Part shown: in pieces, positions 30,512 to 39,849 of the stretch
Layout of the letters: each line of letters begins with the position of its first letter
Position numbering within the stretch: position 1 is the first letter of the stretch
From: Pseudomonas aeruginosa PAO1
GTDB taxonomy: Bacteria; Pseudomonadota; Gammaproteobacteria; Pseudomonadales; Pseudomonadaceae
Direction: 5' to 3' (one strand)
NCBI RefSeq assembly: GCF_000006765.1
Contig: NC_002516.2
Length of the DNA: 64,000 nt
Translations under genes and position numbers: made by a program
The notes under the pieces: generated by a model
What the model saw: only the letters and a program-made list of their open reading frames with translations
What the model was told of the DNA's origin: nothing
Database searches by the model: none

Positions 30512-30949
30512 ATGCCCTATCAACACATTCTGGTCGCCGTCGACCTGACCGACGAATGCGACCCGGTGATGAAGCGTGCGGCGGCCCTGGCCACCAGCAA
30601 CCAGGCCCGGCTCTCGGTGGTGCATGTGGTCGAGCCCATGGCCATGGCCTTCGGTGGGGACGTGCCGATGGACCTGTCGATGTTGCAGCAGCAGCAGTTC
30701 GACCAGGCCCGTGAACGCCTGGATGCCTTCGCCGTACGCTATCCGGACCTCGGCAGCGAGCAGCGCCACCTGGTCTACGGGCAACCGCGCCAGGAAATCC
30801 ACCGCCTCGCCGCGGAACAGGCTTGCGACCTGATCGTGGTCGGCAGCCACGGTCGCCACGGCCTGGCGCTGCTGCTCGGTTCCACTGCCAACGACGTGCT
30901 GCACGGCGCGCCCTGCGACGTGCTCGCGGTGCACCTGAAGAAAGCCTGA
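30512..30949 (+). CDS. Universal stress protein (UspA family)
   Basis: 145 aa from MPYQHILVAVDL with RBS GGAGG. DLIVVGSHGRHG and LGSTANDVL. Confidence 0.93.
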   Translation: MPYQHILVAVDLTDECDPVMKRAAALATSNQARLSVVHVVEPMAMAFGGDVPMDLSMLQQQQFDQARERLDAFAVRYPDLGSEQRHLVYGQPRQEIHRLAAEQACDLIVVGSHGRHGLALLLGSTANDVLHGAPCDVLAVHLKKA

Positions 30950-30978
30950 TCTCTCCCCGCTCGGCCGGGGCCTGCGCC

Positions 30979-31665
30979 TCAGCCGAGCGTTTCCTCGGCG
31001 CTCATCACCAGCGGGCGGATCTTCTGCAACTGGGTTTCCAGCGAATAGCTGATGCTCGACGACAGCGAGAAGAAGGTCAGGAACGCCTTCAGGTTGGAAT
31101 CGCTGACACAGGTGTCGTGGATTCGCTGCCAGAACGCCTGGTTGACCAGTTGCAACTGCTGGAACAGCCGCACCAGCCCTTTCAGTTCCCAATCGGCATG
31201 CCGCCCCTCGCGGAAGTTGAAGTACTGGCGCATCAGGTACAGCGGCACCACCCGCAGCACGAACTCCTGGTTGCTGGCGAACGGCAGGTGCTGCATGGCC
31301 ATCGGCCTCAGCGGCGCCAGCAGCGGACAGGCGCTGCTGGCCATGATCAAGCCGATCAGCGCGCGCAGTCCTTCCTCCAGGCCCGCCTGCTTGATGTACT
31401 CGCGCTCCGGCGTGCGCACGCAGATGCCGGCCTTGCGGAACGCCGGCAGGTTGCGGAAATCCTCGATCACCCCATGCAGGTCGACCGCCGCCGGACAATG
31501 GCTGTAGCGTTCGCGATCGAGCGGGCAGTTGCTGCAGCGATTGTGTTCCAGGCGCGTCCAGCGCGGCGCTGCGGCAGCCGCCTGCGGGTCGTAGTGCCGC
31601 TCCAGCTCGATGCGATAGTTGAGCTGATGCTGGTCGTCCAGCGTGATGCGGTACTCGATTGCCAT
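30979..31665 (-). CDS. Cys-rich hypothetical protein (DUF6901-like)
   Basis: 228 aa. RCSNCPL...HCPAA, ASSACPLL, HLPFAS. Confidence 0.75.
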   Translation of the reverse strand: MAIEYRITLDDQHQLNYRIELERHYDPQAAAAAPRWTRLEHNRCSNCPLDRERYSHCPAAVDLHGVIEDFRNLPAFRKAGICVRTPEREYIKQAGLEEGLRALIGLIMASSACPLLAPLRPMAMQHLPFASNQEFVLRVVPLYLMRQYFNFREGRHADWELKGLVRLFQQLQLVNQAFWQRIHDTCVSDSNLKAFLTFFSLSSSISYSLETQLQKIRPLVMSAEETLG

Positions 31666-31814
31666 GGACTGATCCTTTCTCGGGGGACGGCCGGCCCGTC
31701 AATGACGCCAGCCAGAGGGACCGACGGGGGACTGCACCCACCGCCGGCAAGGCCCGCAAGGATCATCGAGATGAGCCGCTATCACATTGATGCAGCTCAC
31801 TTTTTCGAGATGGA

Positions 31815-33737
31815 TCAGTCTTCCAGTTCGGCCCAGCGCTCGAGCAAGGCATCGAGTTCCTGCTGCAACGCGTCCAGCCGCGCCAGGGTTTCGCGCTGCT
31901 CGTCCTGCGGGCGCAGATAGAAATCCTGCTGCGCGATGGTTTCCTGGACACCCGCCAGCTCCGCCTCGACCGCGTCGATCTGCCCGGGCAAAGCCTCCAG
32001 CTCGCGCTGCAACTTGTAGCTGAGCTTTTTCTTCGCCGGCGCCTCGCTCGGCGCCGCAGCAGCCGGCGCGGGTTCGGCGGCGGGCGCCAGCGCGGTATTC
32101 AGCTCGGCCTTGCCGCTCTTCGACTCGCTCACGCCGAGCAGGCGCGGCGTGCCCCCTTGGCGCAGCCAGTCCTGGTAGCCACCGACGAATTCGCGAACCT
32201 TGCCCTCGCCCTCGAAGACCAGGGTGCTGGTCACCACGTTGTCGAGGAAGGCCCGATCGTGGCTGACCATCAGCACGGTGCCCTGGAAGCCGAGCAGGAC
32301 TTCCTCCAGCAGTTCCAGGGTTTCCACGTCGAGGTCGTTGGTCGGTTCGTCGAGCACCAGCAGGTTGGCCGGCTTGCTGAACAGCTTGGCCAGCAACAGG
32401 CGCGCGCGCTCGCCGCCGGACAACGCCTTCACCGGGGTGCGGGCGCGCTGCGGACTGAACAGGAAGTCGCCGAGATAGCTGAGCACATGCCGGTTCTGGC
32501 CGTCGATTGTGATGAACTCGCGGCCTTCGGAGATATTGTCGATCACCGTCTGCTCGGGTTCGAGCTGATGGCGCAACTGGTCGAAGTAGGCCACTTCCAG
32601 CTTGGTGCCCACCTCGATCTTGCCCGAGGTCGGCTGCAGGTCGCCAAGCAGCAGCTTGAGCAAGGTGGTCTTGCCGGTACCGTTGGCACCGAGCAGGCCG
32701 ATACGGTCGCCGCGCTGCAGGACCATGGAGAAGTCGCGTACCAGCGGCTGGCCGCCGGGATGGGCGAAGCTGACGTGCTCCACCACGATCACCTGCTTGC
32801 CGGACTTGTCCGCGCTTTCCAGCTGGAAGCTGGCCTTGCCCTGGCGCTCGCGGCGCTCGGCGCGTTCGCGACGCATTTCCTTCAGTGCCCGAACCCGCCC
32901 TTCGTTGCGCGTGCGGCGGGCCTTGATGCCCTGGCGGATCCACACTTCTTCCTGGGCCAGGCGCTTGTCGAACAATGCGTTGGCAGCTTCTTCGGCGGCC
33001 AGTTGCTGTTCCTTGTGCACCAGGAAACTGGCGTAGTCGCCGTTCCAGTCGATCAGGTGGCCACGATCCAGCTCGAGGATGCGGGTCGCCAGGGATTGCA
33101 GGAAGGCGCGGTCGTGGGTAATGAACAGCACCGCGCCGTTGAAGCCCAGCAGCGCTTCCTCGAGCCAGGCGATGGCGCCGATGTCCAGGTGGTTGGTCGG
33201 TTCGTCGAGCAGCAGCAGGTCCGGCTCGGCGACCAGCGCCTGGGCCAGCAGCACGCGCCGACGCCAGCCGCCGGAGAGTTCGGCGAGGGTCTTGTCGGCC
33301 GGCAACTGCAGGCGGCTGAGGGTGCTGTCCACCAGTTGCTGCAGGCGCCAGCCATCGCGCGCCTCGAGTTCCTGCTGGACCCGCGAGAGGCGCGCCAGGT
33401 CGTCGTCGGTATGGATGTTCAGGCTCAGGTGGTGGTACTCGGCGAGCAGCTTGCCGACTTCCGCCAGACCCTCGGCCACCACGTCGAACACTATCCGTTC
33501 GTCGGCACGCGGCAGTTCCTGGGGCAATTCGCCGATCTTCAGCGCCGGTGCGCGCCAGACTTCGCCGTCGTCGGCCTGCTGTTCGCCCTTGACCACCTTG
33601 AACAGGCTGGACTTGCCGGTACCGTTGCGCCCGATCACGCAGACCCGCTCGCCACGGCCGATCTGCCACGACACCTTGTCCAGCAAGGGAGTGGTGCCAA
33701 AGGCAAGGGATACATCGGTGAACTTGAGCAGGGTCAT
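31815..33737 (-). CDS. uup: ABC-F ATPase Uup
   Basis: 640 aa from MTLLKFTDVS. Two NBDs (GRNGTGKS/LSGGW, GANGTGKT/LSGGE), no TM domains, C-terminal KKKLSYKLQRELE coiled coil. Confidence 0.92.
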   Translation of the reverse strand: MTLLKFTDVSLAFGTTPLLDKVSWQIGRGERVCVIGRNGTGKSSLFKVVKGEQQADDGEVWRAPALKIGELPQELPRADERIVFDVVAEGLAEVGKLLAEYHHLSLNIHTDDDLARLSRVQQELEARDGWRLQQLVDSTLSRLQLPADKTLAELSGGWRRRVLLAQALVAEPDLLLLDEPTNHLDIGAIAWLEEALLGFNGAVLFITHDRAFLQSLATRILELDRGHLIDWNGDYASFLVHKEQQLAAEEAANALFDKRLAQEEVWIRQGIKARRTRNEGRVRALKEMRRERAERRERQGKASFQLESADKSGKQVIVVEHVSFAHPGGQPLVRDFSMVLQRGDRIGLLGANGTGKTTLLKLLLGDLQPTSGKIEVGTKLEVAYFDQLRHQLEPEQTVIDNISEGREFITIDGQNRHVLSYLGDFLFSPQRARTPVKALSGGERARLLLAKLFSKPANLLVLDEPTNDLDVETLELLEEVLLGFQGTVLMVSHDRAFLDNVVTSTLVFEGEGKVREFVGGYQDWLRQGGTPRLLGVSESKSGKAELNTALAPAAEPAPAAAAPSEAPAKKKLSYKLQRELEALPGQIDAVEAELAGVQETIAQQDFYLRPQDEQRETLARLDALQQELDALLERWAELED

Positions 33738-33962
33738 GGGCGCCTCCGGAAACAGGGCGCGCATTTTACGCCGGATAGGCATCGGATGGCACGGCGCTTT
33801 CACCGCCATGCCGCAACGGCTAAGCTTAGGCGAGCCATCCGCCCGGCTTCGGGCGCGCCCCGCGACAGCGGTCGCGCGCCAGTCCCGCGAGCGGTCGAAA
33901 CGCCCGTAGGCAGCCGTTGCGGACCTGCCGACGTTACCCGACATCACCTGCCCGGATAAGTC

Positions 33963-35891
33963 ATGCGCGGTCGCCTGTTCACTCTCGTTTCCTGCCTTTT
34001 GCTCAGTATTTCCTTCGTCGACGCGGTCCACGCCGCTTCCCTGACCGAACAACGCCGTCTCTACGACCAGGCCAAGGCCGCCCTGGCCAAGGGCAACAGC
34101 GCGCCCTACATGGCCTCGCGCAGCGCCCTGCGCGATTACCCGCTGGAACCCTACCTGGCCTACGACGAACTGACCCATCGGCTGAAGTCCGCCAGCAACG
34201 AGGAGGTCGAGCGCTTCCTCACCGAACACGGCGACCTGCCGCAGATCGGCTGGCTGAAACTGCGCTGGCTGCGCCTGCTGGCCGACCGCGGCGACTGGAA
34301 GACCTTCGTCAACTACTACGATCCGAAGCTGAACTTCACCGAACTCGACTGCCTGTATGGCCAGTATCAGCTGGGCCACGGCCAGAAGGCCGAAGGCTAC
34401 GCCACCAGCGAACGCCTGTGGCTGGTCGGCAAGTCGCAGCCGGCTGCCTGCGACACCCTGTTCGGCCTCTGGCAGGGCGAAGGCCAGCTCACCGAGGAAA
34501 AGGTCTGGAAACGCCTCAAGCTGGCCGCCGAAGCGCGCAACTACAGCCTCGCCTCGCACCTCGCGCAGCGCCTGCCGACCCTCGGCAACCAGGGCGCGCT
34601 GATGGTCAGCGTGGCGCAGAACCCCGCCCAGCTGAGCCAGACCGGCCGCTTCAGCCAGCGCGACCATGCCACCGCCGACGTGGTCGGTCTCGGCCTGCGC
34701 CGCCTGGCGCGGCAGGACCCGGAAAAGGCCCTTAGCCTGCTCGACTACTACAGCTCGGCGCTACCCTTCTCCAGCGACGAGAAGGTCGCCATCGCCCGCG
34801 AGATCGGTCTCAGCCTGGCCAAGCGCTTCGATCCGCGCGCACTGCCGCTGATGACCCAGTACGATCCCGGCCTGCGCGACAACACCGTCACCGAATGGCG
34901 CACCCGCCTGCTGCTGCGCCTGGGCCGCTGGGACGAAGCCTACGCGCTGACCCGCAAGCTGCCCCAGGATCTTGCCGCCACCAGCCGCTGGCGCTATTGG
35001 CAGGCACGCAGCCTGCAACTGGCGCAGCCGAACAGCAAGGAGCCGATCGCGCTGTACCAGAAGCTCGCCGGCGAGCGCGACTTCTACGGCTTCCTCGCCG
35101 CCGACCGCCTGAGCGTGCCGTACAAGCTCGGCAACCGTCCTGCGCACATCGACCCGCGCGTCCTGCAACGCGTACGCAACGCCGCCAGTACGCGCCGGGC
35201 CATGGAGTTCTTCAACCGTGGCGAAGTGATCAACGCCCGCCGCGAGTGGTACCACGCCGCGCGCCTGTTCGATCGCGACGAGCTGATCGCCCAGGCCAGG
35301 CTGGCCTACGACATGCAGTGGTATTTCCCGGCGATCCGCTCGATCAGCCAGGCGCAGTACTGGGACGACCTGGACATCCGCTTCCCGATGGCGCACCGCG
35401 CCACCCTGGTGCGCGAAGCGAAGAACCGCGGCCTGCACTCCAGTTGGATCTTCGCCATCACCCGGCAGGAAAGCGCGTTCATGTCCGATGCCCGTTCCGG
35501 AGTCGGCGCCACCGGGCTGATGCAGCTGATGCCCGGCACCGCCAAGGAGACCTCGCGCAAGTTCGGCATCCCGCTGGCCTCGACCCAGCAACTGATCGTG
35601 CCCGACGTCAACATCCGCCTCGGCGCCGCCTACCTGAGCCAGGTGCATAGCCAGTTCAACGGCAACCGGGTACTCGCCTCGGCCGCCTACAACGCCGGTC
35701 CGGGCCGCGTCCGCCAGTGGCTGAAAGATACCCGCCACCTGGCCTTCGACGTGTGGATCGAGACCATTCCGTTCGACGAGACTCGCCAGTACGTGCAGAA
35801 CGTGCTGTCCTATGCGGTGATCTACGGGCAGAAGCTCAATGCGCCGCAGCCCATCGTCGACTGGCACGAACGCTACTTCGACGATTTCTGA
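33963..35891 (+). CDS. slt: Soluble lytic transglycosylase (Slt70-like)
   Basis: 642 aa with signal peptide. ITRQESAF, GLMQLMP, AAYNAGPGRV, ETRQYV. Confidence 0.96.
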   Translation: MRGRLFTLVSCLLLSISFVDAVHAASLTEQRRLYDQAKAALAKGNSAPYMASRSALRDYPLEPYLAYDELTHRLKSASNEEVERFLTEHGDLPQIGWLKLRWLRLLADRGDWKTFVNYYDPKLNFTELDCLYGQYQLGHGQKAEGYATSERLWLVGKSQPAACDTLFGLWQGEGQLTEEKVWKRLKLAAEARNYSLASHLAQRLPTLGNQGALMVSVAQNPAQLSQTGRFSQRDHATADVVGLGLRRLARQDPEKALSLLDYYSSALPFSSDEKVAIAREIGLSLAKRFDPRALPLMTQYDPGLRDNTVTEWRTRLLLRLGRWDEAYALTRKLPQDLAATSRWRYWQARSLQLAQPNSKEPIALYQKLAGERDFYGFLAADRLSVPYKLGNRPAHIDPRVLQRVRNAASTRRAMEFFNRGEVINARREWYHAARLFDRDELIAQARLAYDMQWYFPAIRSISQAQYWDDLDIRFPMAHRATLVREAKNRGLHSSWIFAITRQESAFMSDARSGVGATGLMQLMPGTAKETSRKFGIPLASTQQLIVPDVNIRLGAAYLSQVHSQFNGNRVLASAAYNAGPGRVRQWLKDTRHLAFDVWIETIPFDETRQYVQNVLSYAVIYGQKLNAPQPIVDWHERYFDDF

Positions 35892-35947
35892 CCCCCAACC
35901 CGGCCCGGACGCCCGGGCCTTTCCAGTACCTTGAAAAGGACCTCAAG

Positions 35948-36334
35948 ATGAACAAGCCCCTCGCCACCGCCCTGCTCGCCACCTCCAGCCTGCTGCTCGC
36001 CGACGGCGCCCTGGCCGCCGACGCCTGCGGTACGCCGCGCAACGCCTTCGACAGCGTGTACTGCCGCAGCGGCGAGTTTTCCCAGGCCGACCGCGAGCTG
36101 AACCAGCAGTTCGGCACCCTGCGCAAGCACCTGAACGACGGCCAGAAAACCCTGCTGAAGAAGAGCCAGATCGCCTGGATCAAGGAGCGCGACGCGGCCT
36201 GCAGCGAAAGCAAGGACAACGGTTATTTCGTCAACCTCGACTGCGCCACCGAGAAGACCCGCCAGCGCCTCGACTTCCTCCGCGAACGCGAGCGCGAGTG
36301 CCTGAGCACCGGTTGCGTCGACGCCAAGCTCTGA
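35948..36334 (+). CDS. Exported LprI/DUF1311-like protein
   Basis: 128 aa with signal peptide. YC...ADRELNQQF, SQIAWIKERDAAC, DCATEKTRQR. Confidence 0.75.
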   Translation: MNKPLATALLATSSLLLADGALAADACGTPRNAFDSVYCRSGEFSQADRELNQQFGTLRKHLNDGQKTLLKKSQIAWIKERDAACSESKDNGYFVNLDCATEKTRQRLDFLRERERECLSTGCVDAKL

Positions 36335-36348
36335 TCGCCGGCAATGGC

Positions 36349-36369
36349 CGCCCGCCGCAACGGCGGGCG
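36349..36369. terminator. Hairpin between convergent lprI-like and MOSC genes
   Basis: CGCCCGCCG-CAA-CGGCGGGCG. Confidence 0.6.
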
Positions 36370-36377
36370 ACCGTTCC

Positions 36378-37184
36378 TCAGTCGAGGATTTCCACCGGCA
36401 TCCCCACCTCCAGGCTGCCCTGTCCCAGCGCAATCAGGTTCTGCCCGAACAGCACCGCGCCATCCTTTTCCCGGTAGGTCTTCAGGGTCGTCAGCGGCTC
36501 GCGGTCCTCGTTGCGCTCGCCGGTCGCCGGATCCAGGGTGGTGAGGATGCAGCGGGAACAGGGCTTGGCCACGACGAACTCGACCGAGCCGATGCGGATG
36601 CGTTTCCAGCCGTCCTCGGCGAACGCGGCGCTGCCTTCCACCACCAGGTTGGGACGGAAGCGCAGCATCTCCAACGGCCGGCCGACCCGCTGGCTGAGGT
36701 CGTCGAGCGAAGCCTGGCCGATCAGCAGCAGCGGGAAACCGTCGGCGAAATGCACCTTCTGCCCCGGTTCGGCGTAGCCGGTATCGACCTGCCGCGCGCG
36801 CGCCTCGGGAATGTGCACCAGGCGCGTCGGGCGGCCGAGGAAGCGCGTCAGCCAGTCCGCTGCGGCGTCGCCGGCATCCGGCGCCTGCAAGGTATCGCGC
36901 CAGACCGTGACGCCACGCAGGTTGGCGTCGGCTGCCGGTACTTCGAGGCTCAGCTCGGACATCCCCGGCGCATTCAGCCGCAGGACCTCCGGCGCCGCCC
37001 AGCGCGCCTGGATACGCCCCAGCTGCGGCAGCAGGCGCTGGGTGAAGAAACGTCCGGTTTCGGTGTCCACCGCCATCCAGCGTCGGTCGCCGACCACGCC
37101 CAGCGCATCGAGCGCGACACGCTCCAGGGACTCGGCGGCGGAAGACTTGATCGGATAGCGGTACAGCGCGGAGAGACGGAACAT
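36378..37184 (-). CDS. MOSC domain protein (YcbX/mARC-like)
   Basis: 268 aa. LYRYPIKS, GDRRWM, FADGFP, RFRPNLVV, KPCSRC. Confidence 0.9.
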   Translation of the reverse strand: MFRLSALYRYPIKSSAAESLERVALDALGVVGDRRWMAVDTETGRFFTQRLLPQLGRIQARWAAPEVLRLNAPGMSELSLEVPAADANLRGVTVWRDTLQAPDAGDAAADWLTRFLGRPTRLVHIPEARARQVDTGYAEPGQKVHFADGFPLLLIGQASLDDLSQRVGRPLEMLRFRPNLVVEGSAAFAEDGWKRIRIGSVEFVVAKPCSRCILTTLDPATGERNEDREPLTTLKTYREKDGAVLFGQNLIALGQGSLEVGMPVEILD

Positions 37185-37286
37185 GGAACCAGCATCCTTG
37201 GTGGAAAGATGCTGTTATACGGTGTCGCGGGAAAGGCCGACAAGACACAGACGCCACTCCAGGCAGCGGATCAGTCGGCCCCGCCC

Positions 37287-38195
37287 TCAGTCCTCGCGCG
37301 GCGGCTCGCGCAACAACGGCGAGCCGGCCGGCAAGTGCACGCGCAGCGCGCCCGGGGAAACCGAGAAACGCAGCTTGCGTCCTTCCAGCGGCTCGCCGTC
37401 GAGATTGACGTCGAGACCTTCCGCCGCCTCCACTTCCAGCCATGGCACCCGCGCGCGGACGAACAGGCTTTCCACTCCGTTGCCACCGCCGAGCAGGGTG
37501 CCCAGGGTACCGACCATGTCCTGCGGCGTCGGCAGGATGCTCACGTCCAGCAGGCCGTCGTCCACTCGCGCTTGCGGACACAGTACGTGCCCGCCGCCGG
37601 CCTGGCGCCCGTTACCGATGCCCAGGGCGAGGAACTCGCCTTCCCACTGGAAGTCCGGGGCGCTGAAACGGCCCTGGGCGGCATGCACTTCGGAAAAACG
37701 GGTCAACCCGGTCAACAGGTAGGCGGCACCGCCGAGAACCTTCTTCAGGTCCTCCGAGGTATTCGCGGTGACCTTCGAACCGAAGCCGCCAGTGGCCATG
37801 TTGAGGAACAGCTTGCCGTTCACCTCGCCCAGGTCGATCGGCCGCGCCGTCTGGTCGAGCAGCGCCAGCGCCGCGGCCGGTTCCAGGGGAATCCCGGCGG
37901 CGCGGGCGAAATCGTTGGCGGTGCCCAGCGGCAGGATCGCCAGGCTCGCCTCGCCTCGCCCGCGCGCCAGCGCTTCGGCCACCTCGCGCAGCGTGCCGTC
38001 GCCACCGCCCGCGACCAGCGTCGCATAGCCGGCCGCCAGCGCCTCCTCGACGATGCGCCGGGCGTCGCCGTCCTCCCAGGTTACCCGCACCGCCAGCTCC
38101 CGCCCGGCCTCGCGCTGTGCCGCGACCGCGGCACGAACCTCTTCGTTGCCCGCCTGCTTGCCGTGCAGGACCAGCAGAACCTTGTCCTTGTCCAT
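37287..38195 (-). CDS. yegS: Lipid kinase YegS (DAGK family)
   Basis: 302 aa from MDKDKVLLVLHGK. AGGGDGT, LPLGTANDFA, IGNGRQAGGG. Confidence 0.9.
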   Translation of the reverse strand: MDKDKVLLVLHGKQAGNEEVRAAVAAQREAGRELAVRVTWEDGDARRIVEEALAAGYATLVAGGGDGTLREVAEALARGRGEASLAILPLGTANDFARAAGIPLEPAAALALLDQTARPIDLGEVNGKLFLNMATGGFGSKVTANTSEDLKKVLGGAAYLLTGLTRFSEVHAAQGRFSAPDFQWEGEFLALGIGNGRQAGGGHVLCPQARVDDGLLDVSILPTPQDMVGTLGTLLGGGNGVESLFVRARVPWLEVEAAEGLDVNLDGEPLEGRKLRFSVSPGALRVHLPAGSPLLREPPRED

Positions 38196-38269
38196 CGAAC
38201 CGAACCCCTCGTCGTGGCCTTGTCTTTGCCTATTGACCGCGTATCCGGGACGGAAGTGCGGCGCCCGGT

Positions 38270-39829
38270 TCAGGCAGGGTAGCCGGTAATCTCGCGAATG
38301 CTGCGGTAGAGCGGGCGCAACTGGCGATACATGCGCAGGTAAACCTCGCCATAGAGCCGCTGGTAGATCTGCCGGGCTTCCGCCTGGGGCAGGAAAACCC
38401 GGCCGACGCGGGTCATCCCGGCCACCGCGCTGGCGACGTCCGGATAGAGGCCGAGCCCCACCGCGCAGTCGATCGCCGCACCCAGGCCGGACGCCTCGTA
38501 GACATGCGGGCGCTCGGCCGGCAGGCCGAAGATGTCGGCGGTGAGCTGCATCGCCGCGTCGCTCTGCGAGCCGCCGCCGGCCACGCGCAGGCGCACGATC
38601 GGCGTGCCCGAACGCTTCTCGATGCGCTCCTTGCCCTGGCGCAGGGCATAGGCCAGGCCCTCGAGGATGGCCCGGTAGATGTGCGCCCGGGTATGCACGT
38701 CGCCGAAACCGATCATCGCCCCCTTGGCCTCCAGTCCCGGTTCGCGGATTCCCGGCGACCAGTAGGGTTGCAGGGTCAGGCCCATCGAGCCGGGCGGCAC
38801 GCCGTTGACCAGTTCGTCGAACAGTTGCTCCGGCTCGACCCCCTGCTCGCGCGCCTGCTGCATCTCGCGCAAGCCGAACTCGCGCTTGAACCAGCTGACC
38901 ATCCAGTAGCCGCGATAGATCATCACCTCGGTATTGAAATGATCGGGAATCGCCGCCGGATAGGGTGGAATCAGCGGCACGGTTTCCAGGTAGCGGGCGC
39001 GAGTGGTGTTGATGGTCGCCGTGGTGCCATAGGAGAGGCAGGCGATGGTGGGCTCCAGCGCACCTGCGCCGAGCACCTCGCAGGCCTTGTCGGCCCCCGC
39101 GGCGATCAACGGCAGGCCTTGCGGAATGCCGGTGTGCCGGCTGGCCTCGGCGCTGATCTCGCCGAGCCGCTCGCCCGGCTTGAACAGCTCCGGCAACTGC
39201 TCGCGGCGTACCGCCAGCGCCTGCCATTTCCAGTCGCGCGGCGCGGCCCAGCGCAGGCGCTTGTAGTCGAACGGCAGGTAGGCAACGCAGCACCCCACCG
39301 AGTCGACGAAACGGCCGGTCAGGCGGTGGCTGAGAAAGCCGGAAAGCAGCAACACCTTGTCGGTCTTCGCAGCGATCTCCGGCTGCTCCTGGGCCACCCA
39401 GTTGACCTCGGCCTGGGCGCGGAAATGCTCCACCGCGCCCTCGGCGCCGACCAGCTTGAACAGCCAGCCCCAAGGCCCCCTGATGCGCTCGCGGACCTCC
39501 GCCCGGCGCTGGTCGAGCCAGAGGATCGCCGGACGCAACGGCCTGCCCTCGGCATCGACGTGGATCACCGTGCCACGCTGGGTGGTCAGCGACACCCCGC
39601 GGATGAGCCCGCGATCGATGTCCACCTGGTCCCAGAGCCGCCGACAGGCCTCGCCGAGCATCGCCCAGTAGTACTCGGGGTCCTGTTCGGCCCAGCCCGG
39701 ATGCTTCGAGTAGTAGGCCTCCAGCTCCACCTTGCCCTTGCCCAGCAGGTTGCCCTGCAGGTCGAACAGCAGGGCGCGCACGCTCTGGGTGCCATTGTCG
39801 ATCGCCAGCAGATAGTTCTTGTCGTTCAT
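38270..39829 (-). CDS. FGGY-family carbohydrate/polyol kinase
   Basis: 519 aa. AIDNGTQSVRA, EQDPEYYW, ILWLDQRR, AGGGSQSD. Confidence 0.9.
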   Translation of the reverse strand: MNDKNYLLAIDNGTQSVRALLFDLQGNLLGKGKVELEAYYSKHPGWAEQDPEYYWAMLGEACRRLWDQVDIDRGLIRGVSLTTQRGTVIHVDAEGRPLRPAILWLDQRRAEVRERIRGPWGWLFKLVGAEGAVEHFRAQAEVNWVAQEQPEIAAKTDKVLLLSGFLSHRLTGRFVDSVGCCVAYLPFDYKRLRWAAPRDWKWQALAVRREQLPELFKPGERLGEISAEASRHTGIPQGLPLIAAGADKACEVLGAGALEPTIACLSYGTTATINTTRARYLETVPLIPPYPAAIPDHFNTEVMIYRGYWMVSWFKREFGLREMQQAREQGVEPEQLFDELVNGVPPGSMGLTLQPYWSPGIREPGLEAKGAMIGFGDVHTRAHIYRAILEGLAYALRQGKERIEKRSGTPIVRLRVAGGGSQSDAAMQLTADIFGLPAERPHVYEASGLGAAIDCAVGLGLYPDVASAVAGMTRVGRVFLPQAEARQIYQRLYGEVYLRMYRQLRPLYRSIREITGYPA

Positions 39830-39849
39830 CTCGTTCTCGTCTCGGCTGG

